This document shows, one piece after another, positions 24,744 through 40,400 of a DNA stretch of 64,000 nucleotides. The number at the start of each line of letters is the position of its first letter. Position 1 is the first letter of the stretch. The position numbers and the translations under genes are program-made. The notes below the pieces were generated by a model, which worked only from the letters and a program-made list of their open reading frames with translations, was not told the origin of the DNA and did not search any database. The stretch is from Octopus sinensis (Eukaryota), in contig NC_042998.1 of assembly GCF_006345805.1 (NCBI RefSeq), positions 116,746,001-116,810,000 on the forward strand, in the 5' to 3' direction.

Positions 24744-27700
24744 TGTGTGTGCGTATTTGTGTGTGTGTGCGTATATGTGTGTGCGCGCGTGTGACATATA
24801 ATCCTGCCAAGCCTCCTAAAATCATTAACAAGTTGTGCAGTACCAGAAATATTCCCTGGGATCTGACCATGATTAAATTTATCCCTAACGTAATGAGATT
24901 TTTTTTTTATCACTCATTATATATTTGCTATATTGTGGACATTATCCTGTTTGAAAAAGGTGAAATACTAAACATTAATGATAATGTATTGTGTTCAACT
25001 TTAGAAAAACCAATAGAATTGGTCACGAAGATATTTATCATAAATAAGCAATGCATTACATGGTATGCCAAACCGTAGTAGTTAAACAGACATCACGACA
25101 CAAACCGTTATGCATTTATTTGAAGATTCCTCTATCTTGTTCTGACAATTCAATGTAACTATTAACACAACTGAAAAATATAGAGAGAATACACAATCAG
25201 GCAATACCTAAAACGTTTAAGAAGCAAAACAAAAAGATCGAAAAGAAACCATCAGCTCCTGTGACAAGAACATTTATCTCTTGACATTTTAACATTTCAC
25301 GTCATGTACAGTACTTATTATTATTTTCATATTTATTTATTTTTTGCTGATATTCATTGCTATGTTGTTCTCTCTTTGCAGGTTTTTAAACATACATTTG
25401 TTATATTGGTCTTATTCAATATCCCTAAAGCATGAGAAAAAAACGCAAAAATGAACGTAAGATATTATATGAGTTTTTATGTATGTGTATGTGTCAAGAA
25501 AAACCGCTATTATATAAGCATTTAAAGTATACGTCGTTGTCTTTTTTCATTAACAGGTAACGAAGTAAGGAGGAGGCAATGCAAACCAAATATCCTTTCA
25601 TTTTTTTATTAAGTGGTTGACACTTCATTCCCACAGACATATAGTCACCTTCATATCTTTATTTACCAACTGCATTTATAACGTCACACAAACCCATATA
25701 TAATAACTTATTCCCATGCATACCCATACAAGGACATCACATACACACTACTGTGCTTAAATGCAAGGAGATATTCATTTTCACAACAGTAATTACACAT
25801 ATGCAACCACAAACACTCACACTCACAGAAATATATATATACATATATATAGAGAGAGATAGATAGATACATATATACATACATATACACATATGTGTGT
25901 TCCTTGCTTGTTTGGTTTGTATGTATGTGTGACTGTGTGGGGAGAATGGCGCATACGCAAAATGACGCCACCGATATTTGTGGTAGATAATCGGATGAAT
26001 TTTAATCAATAGTTGTTTGTCTTCGACTTTTACTTTCATAACATCGCATGATACTATAGTATATATTCAGTTTGTGATAGAAATATTGTCCTATAAAGAG
26101 TGTGATAGAACATCATATAAAAAACAAGATGCAGTGGTACTGCGAGAGAAAGATTAGGCAGGAGAGAACAGAATAGAGAGTAACATTAATCGATGGACGT
26201 GGGAGGAAATATATCATAGATGTTCTCGCAGAGACTACAAAGAGAGATAATGCTTGGGACAAAAGTGAATTATAGGGATTAAAATATCAACAGCGATAGA
26301 TATAGAAGGAAAATTGACGTCAAGACTGGGACAGCGAGATTACCATAAGGTAAGGATCATTACTCAAATACAGCAATGGCATAGGTTTTATTAAGAAGTT
26401 GTTAAAATGAAAGAAAAGTGGGAAGTGATAATTTCACATTTTTAGTATTTAATTTTCAAGTTAGCTGAAATGTTTAGCTAAAGGACAGTTTGACAATAAC
26501 TACAGGCAAATGATAATTCTAGACGTATTTGTATCTATTAAATCTAAAGAGTTTGAACAAATCTTCATAACATATCGATTATTTCTCACATAGAGAAAAT
26601 GATTTACGTATATTGTGGACCGAGTAATTTGTAATTACAAATAACCTTAAAGATAAATTGATTATGCACAGTAGTATATTAAAATATAGTCTTAACACTT
26701 TTGCTACATACATGAACTTGACGAAACTCTTCTGCTTGCAATCAATGAATGTTTTGTCTCCTCATGAAGAATGTAAACTTATTATAGCGAGGGAGGAAGT
26801 TGAACTGAGATAAAAAGATGGATGTTAAAACATAGATTGGGTTAGAGATCGGAAATTAGACGGGAAGATACAAAGAAATATGTAGCCATCAGAGAGGCGA
26901 GAAAGTATTCAGAACTATAGAGCAAATTGTCTAATGTAATAACAGAGCAAAGTAGACAATGAGAAATCAAAAAGAAAGAGGCAGAAAAGAAAACCAAGGT
27001 GATAGAAAGGGAAGATGAATGATATAGAAAGAAGAGCACATCGAGGGAGAGGTGAAACACAAGAGGTGCTGCGGAAGTCAAATAGGTAATGTGAACGGGG
27101 GAGAGTTGAATGAAAGATGGAGATTAAGAATCACAGTGAATTTGGCAAATACAGCAACGAAAGATATGAAGTGATAGAAAGTGAAAAGAAGTAGACATAC
27201 AAACATCCATAGTCTGGAATTCGATTATACATTTGTGGTTGCATATTGAGTAAGCTAGTATGGACCGCTTGTGTTCTGGGTTCATACTTCGTTAACATAA
27301 GTGCATTGATTAACAACCGGCCGGCTCAACTCATGTCGTCATTAGGGGACATCACTCAGTTGCAAGCATGTTTTCAATTCCCTAGTTTGAGGCTAATTGC
27401 TCTCTTTCCTCTCATCAATCTAGGAGATCCCGAAAAATACTGGATCATGAGTGGAGTTAAATTTCTTCCCTGTGTAGAACAAAAATCAACAATGAATAGA
27501 CGAAATAATAAGTTACTGCGCAAAATTATCTTCCTTGACCGACAAAATTTCACAGAATGTCATTTATTGTTAAAGCAAGGGAAAAACAGTTTTGGTGCAT
27601 GAGATGGAAAAAGGAACAAACTTGCATGAAGAAAGGGGTTAGAAATTAAGAGTTTAAAAGAGACTGGAGAGAGTAGTCGTCTGTGTCAACTAAAATATTG

Positions 27701-28230
27701 AATATGTTGACTAAAATATAAAATATATACAGGGCAATGTTTATATAGGTAAATAATGTGTTAAACTTATCCCACTAAACAAAACAAAAAAATAATAATA
27801 AATAAATGATTCCCTAATAATGTAGACTACATAGTGCTATCTTACTTAGTAGAATGGTATCACCTGTGTTCTGTGTACAATATTAGTTTTAACTATATCT
27901 CTTGGACATTTGTGTGTGCAAATGTTGGGGAGTGTATATTTGAGGTACGTAGCATATGCGAAGGCGACTTGTAAACTCTGGAGTCAAGTGCTTAATGGGT
28001 AAACTTGCGCCAATTTATTATACACACGCACACATACACAAACGAACATATATATGTTGCGTGAGTGAGTTTGTAATCATGTTTGTGGGTGTCTGTGCAT
28101 TCTCGCGGGGTAGGTGTCAATGTGTGTAGATAAGTGATGCACATTCTGGTAGCACCACTATATTTGTGACGTGCACTAAATTGAAGAGTCTTGTATGTGT
28201 GTCCATATGTGTGTGTAGTGTGTGTGTATG

Positions 28231-28275
<45 letters not shown>

Positions 28276-29319
28276 ATGTATGCATGTATGTGAGGGTGAG
28301 CATGTGTATATTTGTACATGTACGAATGTTCATATATGCAAGTGAGTACAGTTGGTACAGGTCTATATAAATATAAATAGCCGAGGGGTTGTAAAGGAAG
28401 CGAGGAACAATACACACTAATACGTTGAATGAAGTACAATTCAGAAATATGTTCAGATATTTTTTTATTTATATTTTCTCCTGATTTCACCATGTATTGT
28501 TATTCTCTCAAAAGGTAAAACAAACAAAAAAGTCTCATTTTAAAAATTTTATTCACTTTTTAATTATTTATTTACCTATTTATTTTTTGTAAACGGTGCT
28601 TAATAACATTTGGTAATAGATGAGCTGGAATAAATATTTTAAGAAATAGTGACTCATTTTTTTCTCCGTTGGCATTTACATTGTTGTCTTTCATTAGTTT
28701 TATCATTATTTAAGCATTTTAAATTCTTTAAAAATAAAATTGCTTAACTCTCTCTTAAGAGCTAGTTTTATTGCAGTCTCCAAATAGAGTTGAGTAGAGA
28801 AGAATGGAATTGGCACAAAAGCTGCTGTGTGAGTGATAATGACAATCGTTTACAATAATCGATAACAATTCTTTGGTTTTCATTTGATACATAAAAATAA
28901 AAAAAAAGAGAAATAAAAAATTCCTTAGATAAATACCAAATAATAGACAATGCTTTTGATAGTTCAGATAAAAATAAAACAATGACCTGTAAAACATTGC
29001 AATGATTGGTTGCTTTTAAAGTGTTCGTGAGAGTAAATAGAGAATATATATGGTTTTCGTTTTATATCAACTAAAAAGCTATATATATATTATATATATA
29101 TATATATTCATGAAAACATATACAAGTTTGTATGCGTGAATGTGTTTATCTGTCTCCTTTGTAATTCAACCCTTACCATTATTTGATGTCTTGTATAATA
29201 GGGTTTGTAAATTCTCGTTCATCTGATTCAAATTGTCTTAGCAATGATTAAGTATGGTCATGAACTGTTAGATTTTATTTCCGTACTGAGTATCTTGCCA
29301 TGCTACATATATTGTTTTA

Positions 29320-29526
29320 TTTTTATGCTTATGTCAGTCATTTGACTGCGGTGATGCTGGAGCACAGCCTTTCGCCGAACAAATCGATACTAGGACTTTT
29401 TATTTGTAAGCCTAGTACTTATATCTGTCACTAATGCCGAACCGATAAATTACGGGGATATAAACACAGCAACTTCGATTTGTCAAGCGATGGGAGCACA
29501 AACACAGACACACAAATACATGCATA

Positions 29527-29593
<67 letters not shown>

Positions 29594-29755
29594 GTATATG
29601 TATATATATATGTGTGACAGACTTCTTTCAGTTTCCGTCTAGACAGTCCGCTCACAAGGCTCGAGGTTATAGTAGAAGACACTTGCCGAAGATGACACGA
29701 ATTGAGACTGACCGGAAACATGCGGTTGGGAAGATGTGTTACGTCTTAACACCTG
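29320..29755 (-). mobile_element. SINE family A, older diverged copy
   Basis: CAGTCATTTGACTGCGGTGATGCTGGAGCAC tail, internal (CA)/(TA) tract and TTCAGTTTCCGTCTA...CTCACAAGGCT...TATAGTAGAAGACACTTGC body. Confidence 0.85.
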
Positions 29756-29794
29756 CTTTTATAGTAAGTTAATAAAGGTCGTTCATCCCGTATG

Positions 29795-29845
<51 letters not shown>

Positions 29846-29852
29846 TATATAT

Positions 29853-30810
29853 CGGGGTTGGACAAAATAATGGTAACACCTTAAAATTACAAACAAATTA
29901 ATTTTAATATTGGGTAGGACGGCCTTTTGCAGTAATTGCAGCTTGAATTCTATGAGGTATGGACTCGTACAAAGACTGAATTGTTTCCGAAAAAAATTTT
30001 GCCCATTCTTCTGCAAAAACTGTCTCCAGTTCTTGTAGTGATGATAGTGGAGAATATCGACTCCTTACTTGTTTTTCTAAAATGCACCATAAGTGTTTAA
30101 TAATATTGAGATCTGTGGAATTTTGTGGCCAGATAAGAGGCTCAGCTTCCCTAGAATCTTCCTCGTGTCTTTCACTAACAACTTTAGCTGTGTGAGTTGG
30201 TACATTATCATCCCCAAAGATTGCGTTTCTCTCCGGAAACAGTTCCGCAAACATAGGATTAATTTATCAGATAAAATACTTAAATAATCTTGAATATTCT
30301 GCCATGAATGGAAGCCATTGGACCGGCGGATTTCCAAGATATAGCCCACTAGATCATCACAAATTCTCCTCCATATTTAACAGTTGGGAAAAACGTAGTT
30401 TGGGTCAAATGATTCTTTTCGCTGTTTCCACACGTATACTCAATCGGTGGTCGAAAATAAGATAAAAGATGACTCGTCTACTGCTCTAGGTACCAATTCT
30501 GTAGGTTTTTACTGCACTCTAAATGCTTTGCAACTTTTGTTTTTGAAAGTAAGGTTTTTCTGATTGTAGCCCACATGTGAAATCTGGCTTTGTGCAGCTC
30601 CCGGCGAACAGTCTTTGTGGAAACTGGGTTCTCGAGATGGTCATTAAACTCTGCAGTAAATTTGGGAGCTGTGCTTTAGTAATCATTTCTAACAATTCGC
30701 GTAAGTGTCCGATGGTCTCTACGTGAATGTTTTGGTTTCTTCCAGAGTGTCATTGCTCAGCTCTTTTTTCTTCTTTGTTTTTGTATACATTCGCTGCTTT
30801 CTTCCAAGGA
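29853..30810 (-). mobile_element. Tc1-family (DD34E) DNA transposon remnant, one TIR retained
   Basis: Terminal CGGGGTTGGACAAAATAATGGTAACACC next to (TA)n. Transposase fragments PVSTKTVRRELHK, DESSF, TVKYGG, FGDDNVPTH, IWPQNSTDLNIIKHLW (DNAPxH / WPxxSPDLNPIE motifs), IQAAITAKGRPTQY. Many stops and frameshifts; second TIR not found. Confidence 0.9.
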
Positions 30811-33800
30811 ATTTAATGCTCTTAGCTTAGTTTTTCCTTGAGGCTGGCCAGATTGGAGCAATCTCGAGTATAACCAGTCGAAATTGCAAAGATAATATCG
30901 AACTCAACTGAGTACAGACTACTCCGAATAACCCGTCCTTGTTATCTTTGCATCGTCTATATGGATGTTTTGTTGCCCCTTTTTTGTATTCAATATCTAC
31001 GCTTTCTTTGAGTATGTAGTTGCTTCTGGTTAGTCGAACGCACTTATATCTGTTCTCTTTCGTCACTAAGAAAACTTTCAAGTCACTTATTCTCACGAAA
31101 TGCAAATTTCAAAATTTAAAACACATTTTACATCTTAAATCAGCTGTACAGTTGTGATCGAAAAATGCATTGCGACTAAACTGTAAAGCACAGTCTATAT
31201 TTTAACGAATTTAGAATTCTATTAAAAATGACAAAGTGAATATTTGCCACTTGAAAATGCATCCATTAAACGCTGTAAAACTGGAATTGTTTATATATTC
31301 ATTTAGTTATGTATCCATAATAACAAATACAAATAATATTTGAGGCACTTCAATTTAGTATATAGTTCTCATGGTTCGTTGTAATATATTTCCAACAGTA
31401 ATTATAGCATTGCAAAACACGCCTATTAGCTGCTGCAACATCAGCAATGATGTATATGTTTAATTTGTTTATATATCTGTGAAGACAAACTCATAAATCA
31501 AGTGGAAAGAGTCAGTTATTCTTCAAATTATGCTTCTATTACAAAATACACCACAACTCCCATACGTTTAAAAACGGTAAAATTCTATGGCTCCTGCTAC
31601 ATCATTTACATATTTTGACCGAAAATTTTTGACGTTCCTAATCAGCTCCACCGATTGAAAAACCATCAAAGGGTAAAGAATATGCTTGAAATTTTAATAT
31701 TCTATCTCGTTAGGGAGTCGAGCTGGCAGAATCGTCAGCGCCCCACCACCACCACCATTATCATCACCACCTATAAATTGCTCAACGGTTAGTATCTTGA
31801 TTTGCTATGAATGCGAATGAAAATTCAAATTGAGCGAATGGAGTAGGTAGGAATCCAGGCCACATACGTTTCTTCGCAAGCAGAACCTCGGAAGTAATAT
31901 TTACTCAACTAGGGTTACTCCACTAGCTACTCACCATGCCGAAGATAAATGAAGGCTACATTGTCGTGAAGGGATCTCGAATTGACTGATAGGAGAAGTA
32001 ACTTAAAATGAGTGGTAAAACCGCAAAAATGGCAATGTAAGTTTCATTTACCTTCGACTTGATGAGTAGCAAGTTAGTAATTATCATTACTCACGAGATT
32101 CTGCTAGCTAGGAAACATATGTAGCCTGGACATTACCTACTGCAAACCCTCAATTTAAATTGTATATATATAAACTCTGATAATCCTCGCAACGCAATTT
32201 ACTTCCAGGTTCGCATTTCTTACATCACTTTTACTCATCAATACAGCCTCGGACAAGTCTGCATACGTCAACTACTCCAGAACACTTTTTTAGATTATTT
32301 TCTACCTCATCTGCAATTTAATTCCTAAATTCAGCCGCCTACAACAAACGATCATATGATGTATGGACTACCTTCGTAGACCCCATCTGTCGCTATATGT
32401 CAATAGTCAACAAAACCAACAACAACATAAGCATATGACGTTCTCAGAGTGCATAATTGTCATCATATATTTTAATGTTCAGTCAAATTACCGGAATCAT
32501 ATGAATTTATTGATCATTAAGATGAATCAGTATACCGTCAAGTGAAATATCAATCATGTCAGGTAAATCTACCGTGATGGGGTATGATGTGCATACATGC
32601 AGTAACGTATCATTTACACGGCAATAACGCGTGTGAGTGCATGCATAATACATATGTGCGTGTTTGTATAAAGATAGATAGATATATCTCAGTGCGTCTG
32701 TGTATTTGTAGATGCACATACGTGAGAGAGATAGGAAAGGAGATCATATTGTAACATAATGCTTTCGTAATATATGCAAGTTTTAAATTTCCTAAGTCAA
32801 GTCAGGTTGTGCGTTCCAGGATTTATGTTGAACATATTAAAATATGCATACACTCACACATATACATGAAATCACGCAACCACACATACAGACACATACA
32901 CACACATACATAGATAAATATACTTCTTTACATGAACGTGGGATCACATGAACATAGTAAGTTGGGAAGTCTGCCAGAGCTTTGTTTCCAATACGTTACG
33001 GTATTAATTCTGACGTCTTGGTTTCTGAGATCAAATAACTTCAAGACTAAAGCACAAAATCACACACAAGCACCGACGCACCTCATTGCACACGCACACA
33101 CATTCTCAACCTTGAAAAATTAAAGAACAAAGTTGTTATTATCTTTGCCATTATCATCATCAGCTGCCGTAGCAGCAATATCAATAACTGTAGCCGTAAA
33201 AGGAGCAACTGCCGTAACAGAAGCAATAGTAACAAACAAATGATCACTTCAAGGAATAACTCAGCGAACGTGAATGTCCTCTATGACGTCGTACTCTTCC
33301 TTGAAAATAGCAACAACAACCTCTTTGAAATCAAACATTATCTTTGAACACTTGAGTAACGTGGTCTTAAGTGAACAGCGCATGAAGCTACAAAGAATAA
33401 TCGTGGCTAAGTGACCTTTGTACACATATTCGCTCCGTAAAGTCAGTGTTGATGCCAAACAACAGCAAAACAAGTGCTGGTTTCATTATTAGGTAAACCA
33501 AAAACATTCTTATTAATGATATTGTTGCAATGAATGTGAGGAATATTTTTAACAGTTCTAGTGTTTTGTTAGGACATAAACTAGAGAGTAAGGAAAGCTG
33601 TTGTCAATAGTAATGAGACAGAGTTATAGTAAAATACATAAGTGACCGTCGAGCCGAATAGTAAAAGATATAGTTTAACATCGAATGGAATTGCAAACTA
33701 CAGTTTTAAAATGGTGAGCGAGAGATAGAGAAAGAAAAAGTGAGAAAGAAAGAAAAAGTGAGAGACAGAAATACCGTGGCCAATTATCTGCAAGATAAGA

Positions 33801-36800
33801 CAAGAAAAAACTAAATTGGAATGAAAGCCATTCATCGTTCAGAATATGTGGACGACAAGCATAAAAGCCATCAAGCTTAAAAGAAACAAAAAGAAAGTTG
33901 ACTAGATTTCAACATCTCTTAAGTACATGCAGAAGATTGTGCTTACATATTACTTAATATGTGTATGTGTATACACGCACACACTCACAGATACCTACTG
34001 ATAAGAACATATATATACGTATATATTAGGTACACACACACACATGCACTGATACACTCGGACATATGCATATAATATATGAAAATACACAAGTATTGGG
34101 TGACAAAAATGCAAGCTAAATTCAGAACATTTAATAATAGCGTACCCAGAATAAGTTAACCGATAGCATCATCATTGAAGTAAATGCAATATCATCATAT
34201 CAAGGTGAACTGTTTAGCTTAACCTTACCACAAATAATCAATATTACATCCGTACAATGGATAGAATTTCATTGATAAATGCCACATAGGAATTACAGTT
34301 CTTACATCGCTAAGCATATTTATTCGATGAAATGTAGCTAAAATTACATACACTATGTACATGTGGATATCACAGAAAATATAAGTTAGTAACCAGTTTA
34401 AAGGCTAAACTACACAAACTATTTACATGCTAACTACCCCCTGCCAGTGTTAATTCAAATTTAAAAAGACAAAGGATATATTTTCTTTTGAAGGAATCTT
34501 ATAGCTGTTAAACTTGTTGTTTTAATCCTGTGTAGCCATACTCGATTATACTTATCATCAAAGTATTTCCAGTTGTGTTCTTCTGTCTTCTACATTCGGG
34601 AATATTGTTTATACTTTATTCAAAGTATTGTTCGTTTTAAACTCCAATGTAGGATGTAGTGTGAATGGAGATTTTGCTACCTTTTCTAAAAAGTCGAACA
34701 GCCGCTTAGATATTCTTTCATCGCTTCACTACTGAAGCTTTGTTTTTGTTCTTTTGTTGGTGTTGTTTAGACACAAGTCAGCAGACATCAAGCAGACCTA
34801 TATAGCAAAATGTTCCAGCTGTTAACACGTCATATCATTTTATTTTCTTCACCAGAGCTGTGTCTATAGCATATTTCTTCTATCTGGCTTGCTGCTCCTG
34901 TGGTCATTGTTGCTACAGTTGTTGTTATGATCAAAGGTATTTCAATCATTATCTACCTCGTCTACATGATACAGTATAGCTTTTCTTTCGGAACATGACT
35001 GCGTGTAATTTGAGAGAGACTTAGCTGCTGTTTCTAGCAGGTCGCGACCACACATGTATCCTATAGTTGGCTTGGTTGTAGACTGGGAATTCAGGGAATG
35101 ACGTTTTCGATAGAATTACTAGAAGGACGAAGGAACGCATTATCTCAAGACAGAGATTTCGTTTATCTATAAACTCTACGTTCCAAGGGCAAATATATTC
35201 GAATATAAGTAGATGATCGCTTTCCATATTCACAAAGAAGAAAAAAACTCATACTCAAATACTTACACACGCATCTGTATACTTGCTAGAATTAATGCAT
35301 TTATATTCCAGCACTTACGTACAGGTATGCCTATGTGAAAGATCCTCTTAATGCATGTCGCCAAAAATTATTATTTCTATGTCTTCAAAATGTATTACTA
35401 CAGAAAAATGAATGTAAAAAGATGGAATAATCTGTTTTATATTCACATTGTTCTAAAGATGGCAGAGACAATAATTTTATTTACTGAAAAATGGTATTAA
35501 AAACATCCGATTAATCATGCATTTTAATGAGGATAACAAAATAGAAACAGTTGGAGAACATCGGATCAGGTACTCTAAAGCATTTCTTTTCCGCTACGCT
35601 TTGAATTCACATTCTCATGGTATTAGCTAGAAAAAGCATCCTTAAATAGACGTTTCTTCTGTCAGAAAGTTTTAAAAATCAAACTTTATATGCAATCTCA
35701 TGATGTGTATGTGAATAGGTGAACGAAGTAAGTTGAAAATATTTTAATTATTCAATAATGTTCATAAACCTACATCGCTCTGCTTACTACGCATGCTTGG
35801 TATCAGTCCACTGTATAGAAGTTTGAGAAGATGCTTCCTATCACACTTTCGTGTTACCCATTGTTTTATGCATTAAAACCGAGAAAAATTTAGTTTCTTG
35901 CATTATTTCTTGTGTGTGTCTATTATATATGATATATATCCTTGTAGCAGTTTACATATATAACTACCTACTCCTGATGTTGCTTTTGTTGGTTGTTGAA
36001 TTCTTTTAAGTATCCAACATAGCCTTAATGAGCATTGCAAGTATAAAAGGAAGTAGTACAGTAAAGAAGCTAGACATGGTGTTGTTTGAGGAAGCAGTTC
36101 GATCAGGTTTTCCCAGAAATCCCTCACTTTAGATGGTCGTCCTATCTCTGAACATTCTATGCGCGTGTGAAACGTGACACATGCGACATGTAACCAGGAA
36201 TCCAGACGTCCAAGCACAAGAGCTCTAAAAGTCAGGAAGCATCACATGCACCGATTATATGACACAAATATTTATCATACAGCAAGTCTGCACTTGATAA
36301 GAATTTGTATCACAATAGGCCACCGTATCCAAAACCATTATCCAGGAAACGGTCGTAGCAGGTTGCTAAAGAAGCAAGTAGAGAAACTCCTGGCCTGACT
36401 GCAACGAGAATGGTAAAAGTGCTGCACCTCTGTGCGTGACGTTGTTCAAGGATCAATGAAGATTGCTGACCGCCAAATTATCTAGCCTGGCACACAAGCC
36501 ATTGGGGATACCATACAAGTATTTGTGAATGTAGGCTATACTTAACTATGAACATGGTTGTTGTAGCTAGTGAGTCCTGCACCAATGTTTTGTATTTGTT
36601 ATAGTCATCAAAAACTCAGTTCAACCGAAGATATCAATTTAATATGGTTGCATCCAGGTATTTGCCTTAAGCTATCATCGTCTTTAAAAATGTTTTCCTC
36701 TACAACTATTTCGTCCGTATTTAACATATTCTTAGACATTTCCGTCTGTACACGTTATCAGTAGCTACGCTCGTGTTACTTACATTCAACATTAATCACG

Positions 36801-36853
36801 TTCATCTTCACATACGTACATATATATATATATATATATATAATATATATATA

Positions 36854-36935
<82 letters not shown>

Positions 36936-36973
36936 ACTCACGACGTGGGGATAATCAAAATTCCTCTTTTCTG

Positions 36974-37005
<32 letters not shown>

Positions 37006-37712
37006 CCCATGTTAGCTTGCTTAACTTGTTCCTCAGTATTGATACTAGTATGTAGACATTTTCATCTGAAACTATTTCTATGTAGCTATATCTATGGAAA
37101 ACGATGGGCCTAGAACTGCACTATTGTATTCTATATGCAACTGTAGTGATAATAGTCAGTCGCAACAATAATCGTTTGTAGGTATATGAGTCAGAAACAA
37201 AGTTTGCCTGATTTAGACACTAGCTCTGTACGTAAGCGCAATAATCAAGCGCTCAAGCAATTACGTTTGTACTAGCAAGGGCAAACATTCAAGTATAGCA
37301 ATATAAGGAAGTGAAATGAAGAAAACCAGAACAAAAAAAGGAAAAACAAATTACTTTCTTCCAACTATAAAAAAAAGAAAAAAGCATAAAAGAAAGAAGC
37401 AAATTATTTTTTTCCAAGCGGAATTACTAGAATGTAATCACATACTTGCTTAAGAGCCAATATTTTCCTCTATATTCTTGCATTTATTTTTTTTCAGTTT
37501 TTATTTCCTGTTCTCTATCATCGCTACGATCACAACATGATTACTTATATTTATGATTTATTTTCGCAAGATGTATGTATATAAGATCATACTCAAACAC
37601 ACTCGTATATAAACACACACACATACACGCACAAACATATATATATATATATATATATATATTAATATATATACATTATATGCATACACACATACAAATA
37701 CATACATGTATG

Positions 37713-37761
<49 letters not shown>

Positions 37762-38159
37762 GTAAGTATGTATGTATGCGTATGCATGCGCGTACGTGTA
37801 TATCAAAGTGTGTGAGTGTGTGTGATGTTCATGTGTTCGTATGTTTTGCTAAGTATGTATGCATATAAATTCAATACCTAGAGATGTGAAATACTGCAAG
37901 TAGTTTAACAACTAAAAGGATAAATTAGACTAGGTGTATATGATTAAATTCGTATATACATTTGCAACTGGATGTGTTATGTTCACTCTTTGAAATTTAT
38001 GTTCATCTTAATAGCACGATCCTCAATAATAACCAGTAAGAATTTTGTAATGGAAACCATAGGTGAGGAAAAATAATTATTTCTGAATTGTTATGCGTAT
38101 ACATAGTGTCTGCTCGTGTGTGTGTGTATATGTATATACATACATATATATACATACAT

Positions 38160-38199
<40 letters not shown>

Positions 38200-38295
38200 A
38201 CGTACAAATATATATGGGAGATGTACTATTATACATACGTATACGTATACACAGACATCTATATATGCATATGTATAGATATGTATACATATGTG

Positions 38296-38332
<37 letters not shown>

Positions 38333-39064
38333 CATATATATATATATATATGTATGTATATGTGTGTGTGGGTGTGTAAACGATGGTATCACAAACTGAG
38401 AATGGGTGCTTGACACCGCCTTTCAGTTTATGTGTGTCTCAGGAAAATGAAACATCACACCATCCTCAAGTGTGGACAGCTTAAACACTAGGGGAATCAA
38501 ATTCTCGTCTTGCATGCGTAAAAAGCAATTTAAAAGAGAAAATTGCAAGCATGTCTCACTTATAACCCTTGCGAAACAAGATAAATCTTAGATATGGAGT
38601 ATATTCACAATACGCATAATAAGCGTATACTCTCAAAATCTCATGTTGAATTTCTAACCCCAATACATTTGTATAAGTTATAGAAAAACCATCACATGAT
38701 TTACAAAAATTATTTTTTATTAAATTACAATTTCTGTCACTAATTTATAAATCATGTGGTGAATTCATAAATGGTAAGGTAAACACTCGCATATATCTAT
38801 GAAAAGCAAATATGTCTCATGTGCACTACATCATCATTTACATATATAAAAATTAGTAATTCAATTAATCAAGAGTAATTTCAATTAATCAACGTTTAAT
38901 ACCAGTTCTTGCCCAGGGCCAATTCATAGAAACTAACAAGACATCCCTATACTTGTGTGTGTATTAATTCTCATACCCCATGTTTCTCATTTAATCTCGA
39001 GTAATCACTACAAAGATTGAAGCAATTACTAACATTTTCAGTGGATCATTTCACAAAGGTTTTC

Positions 39065-39077
39065 CAATAATAATAAC

Positions 39078-39136
<59 letters not shown>

Positions 39137-39139
39137 GAA

Positions 39140-39174
<35 letters not shown>

Positions 39175-39237
39175 GCGGTGCCCCAGCATGGCCACAGCTC
39201 ATAAGCTGAAACTAGAATCAATCAATCAATCAATAAT

Positions 39238-39276
<39 letters not shown>

Positions 39277-39346
39277 GATAATGATAATGATGATGGTGAT
39301 GATGATGATGATGATGATGATGATTATGATGATGATGATGATGATT

Positions 39347-39379
<33 letters not shown>

Positions 39380-39510
39380 TTGTTGATGATGATGATGATG
39401 TTGTTGATGATTATGATGATGATGATGATGATGATGATGGTGATGGTGATGGTGATGGTGATGGTGATGGTGATGGTGACGGTGATGATGATGATGATGA
39501 TGATGATGAT
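39065..39510. repeat. (AAT)n and (GAT)n/(GGTGAT)n microsatellite block containing a short LINE-tail insertion
   Basis: Directly visible. Source of the poly-M/poly-H/poly-I ORFs. Confidence 0.95.
39174..39231 (+). mobile_element. Extremely 5'-truncated CR1-like LINE 3' tail
   Basis: GGCGGTGCCCCAGCATGGCCACAGCTCATAAGCTGAAACTAGA(ATCA)n matches the LINE end at 45294-45331. Confidence 0.75.
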
Positions 39511-40400
39511 AATAGAGATCGGCAGAGGCATCTTCCAAAGGGACTGTCTGTCCCCAATTGTCATTGTACTGATTCTGAGGAAAGCAATGGCTGAGTACGT
39601 ATTCAAAAGCCGTACTCAAAAATTTACCACTTCTTATTCATGAATCACCTCAAACGTCCTCGTCAATACGGTGTATATATTCAGTGTTGATATCAGAATT
39701 GAGTTCGGACTGAGAAAATGTGGTGTATTAGTCTTGAAGAGAGGGAAAGTCAAATATATTGACGGGCTAGCAATACATTGGGAGTTTGGTTATGAAACCG
39801 ATAGAAGAGACGAGCTATAAGTACTTGTGGATATTGGAAATGGTTAAAACTAATGGAGAAAGAAATGACAAAATAATTTAAGGTGGAGTACTTGCGCAGA
39901 GTGCGACTGCTCCTTAAGTCGATATTAAATAGACGGAATAAGTTTGAAGCTATCAATATCTGGATGGTTTCACTGTTTAGCTATGGAGCAGGGATAATCG
40001 CATGGGTAGTAAACAAACTAAACAGCTTAGACAGAAAGACAAAGAAGTTGGTGACTAGATATGGAATACACCCACCCAAAATGTGAAACAGACAGACTGT
40101 ATGTAGCAAGAAAAAGAGAGGGAAGAGGACTGAGTGGATGCGAACACAGCATTAAACCAAAGAAAACATCATAGCAGGGTATGTAAAAGTGCCACAGAAC
40201 AACTAATATCGGAAGTAAGATGGTCGGGCTTGTGTAGGATGAAAGATTGCAAAGATAAAGCGCTGAACAAGCACTTTAGAATTGATGAAAATGAAAATAG
40301 GTGGATAAAGAAAAGGATGATTGGACAGTAGTAGCAGCAGCAGTAGTAAAGGCTGCAAGCTGACAAAATTGTTAGCATGTCAGATAAAATGCCTATCGGC
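39510..40400 (+). mobile_element. R4/Dong-clade non-LTR retrotransposon fragment (RT C-terminus and downstream region)
   Basis: IEIGRGIFQRDCLSP (RGIFQGDSLSP), EFGLRKCGVL, YKYLWI, NKFEAINIWMVSLFSYGAGIIAW...LDRKTKKLVTRYGIHPPK, KRMIGQ. Stops and frameshifts. Confidence 0.85.

Noticed and set aside
26100-27200. Purine-rich stretch with a faint RTE-like peptide (KYVAIREARKYSEL*SKL)
   Set aside because: Too degenerate; no catalytic motif to anchor the call.
35021-35050. Apparent splice acceptor (gctgctgtttctagcag|GTCGCG)
   Set aside because: A similar motif recurs at about 20575-20610, so it is more likely part of an old dispersed repeat than an exon.
36070-36560. GC-richer segment with short ORFs, possible transposase remnant
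   Set aside because: No diagnostic motif or terminal repeat identified.
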